DNA of 64,000 bases from Hemiscyllium ocellatum. Lineage: Eukaryota. The notes beneath the pieces are model-generated. The model was not told the origin of the DNA, did no database searches, and saw only the letters and a program-made list of their open reading frames with translations. Shown here in pieces: positions 62,521 to 64,000 of the stretch (positions are counted from its first letter, which is position 1; every line of letters begins with the position of its first letter). The stretch spans positions 59,054,484 through 59,118,483 of the forward strand of contig NC_083408.1 of NCBI RefSeq assembly GCF_020745735.1, written 5' to 3'. The position numbers and the translations under genes were made by a program.

Positions 62521-64000
62521 AATCAGTACCATATGGTACTATATTGAATGCCTTTTGAAAATCTAAACATTCAGCCTCCTTTATCCACGCTGAGTTACAT
62601 CCTTAAAAAAAATCTTATTTGCCAGTATGATCTTCCCGTTATTAAAACCTTATTGCCTCTATGTAAAAATGTGATTTTCTCAGAGTCCCATTACCATATC
62701 TTTAATAATTGGTCTTAGCATTTTCCTGATCATGCATCAGGCTAATTGACCTGCAGTTTCCAGTTGTCTTGGATCTCCCTTCCTGAATACCAGTACTGCA
62801 TTTGTTATCTTACAAATCTACTGGAATTACCCCAGTATCTAGGGAATATTTGAAATTTGAAACTAGTGTATCTTCTATTGTTGCAGAAACCTTTTTTTTT
62901 ATTTGAAAGCAAGGTGGAGATCATTGGATCAATGGATTTGTTGTCTATCAGTTACTTTATTTTTCTCAGTAATTTTAATTTCCTGCAACTCTTTTAATGC
63001 TAGAATAGTCCAGATCACCAGATTATGCTCCAGGGCCATGAGTTCAATTCCTATTTTGTCAGCTAGTTAATACTTCTGGAATAAAAACCTAATGTCTCTA
63101 ATGATACTGAAACTGCGAAAATGTCATTGAAAACTCATCTGGTTTACCAATGTCTTTCATGGAAAGAAATACATCTTTCTTACCTGATCTGGTTTGCATG
63201 TAATTTTAGATCCACAGCAATGTGGTTTTCTCTGATAGGACTAGGTAGGGTAAACACAGCAAGCATGTTCCCAATGACTAGGTAGTCTAGGACCAAGCGT
63301 CTATGGATACAGGCTAGGCTATTGGGACTGAGATGAGAATTTTCTTCACTGAAAGTGTAAGTCTGTGGAATTCTCTATCATACAAATCTGTTGAGGTCAA
63401 AACGTTGAATCTTTCAAGAAGCAGTTAAATATAATTCTTTGGGGCTAAGTGAGTGTGGCCAGACAGGCCACTCAAAACAATGGATTTATGAAAAGCGTAC
63501 AAGAAATTAGGCATGCTTGGAAATTGGAACAAGCCTTGGCCAAAAGTGACTGTGCTCAAAGGCCCTGGAATAAAAATGCTGCAGAATCCAGAAAGACACC
63601 AACTACAGACAGATGGTATGCAACTGCAGGCAAAACAATATACATTTGAATTGGAAATAAATAGAATCGACCTGAATACCATCTCCAGGACAATTGGAGA
63701 CATCAAGTTGTTTACCAGACACAGGGGCACCTCACACCCTTATTTGGAGAAGGCTACCTGACGTGCTCCCAACACCTTCAGGAATGGATGCTCAAGGACC
63801 ACCCTGCCATTGAGATGTCAGTGTCTAGTTGTGTCCAATCAATCAGTGTGATCGAACCCTAATTGCTCTATTGGTGGAAGCAAATACCCTCCCAAAAGGG
63901 CGCAAAGACTTCGAAGTGTAAAAATCACCGCAACACCACCTTCAGGAGCGGTAACTTGAGACCAACTACCAAAAAGAGACCACCAGGAAAAGAAGACCAG

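Noticed and set aside
63440-64000. Possible gag zinc-knuckle remnant (CGQTGH) or coding-like sequence at the window end
   Set aside because: The motif is incomplete and no supporting domains are visible. RALGAPA1 exon 5 was also not found in 61046-64000.

Overview
Vertebrate genomic DNA, almost certainly an elasmobranch (shark), judged from HE1-type tRNA-derived SINEs and esterase-bearing CR1 LINEs. The window holds the 5' ends of two head-to-head genes: BRMS1L (minus strand, coding exons 1-2) and RALGAPA1 (plus strand, coding exons 1-4). Their start codons are only ~0.8 kb apart, across a CpG-rich bidirectional promoter with two CCAAT boxes and two inverted ZNF143/THAP11-type motifs. The introns are packed with CR1 LINE fragments, SINEs, one solo LTR and Penelope-like elements. 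Two things stand out. (i) An orphan MHC class I alpha-3 (Ig C1) exon lies inside BRMS1L intron 2. (ii) A family of ~130-280 bp fold-back Penelope-derived insertions, several with 13-15 bp target-site duplications, whose arms carry minimal type I hammerhead ribozyme cores (CUGAUGA...GAAAC-GUC); some cores are intact, some mutated, some deleted. Gene and family names come from recalled homology, not database searches. Exon, TSD and palindrome coordinates were read base by base; boundaries of decayed repeats are approximate.
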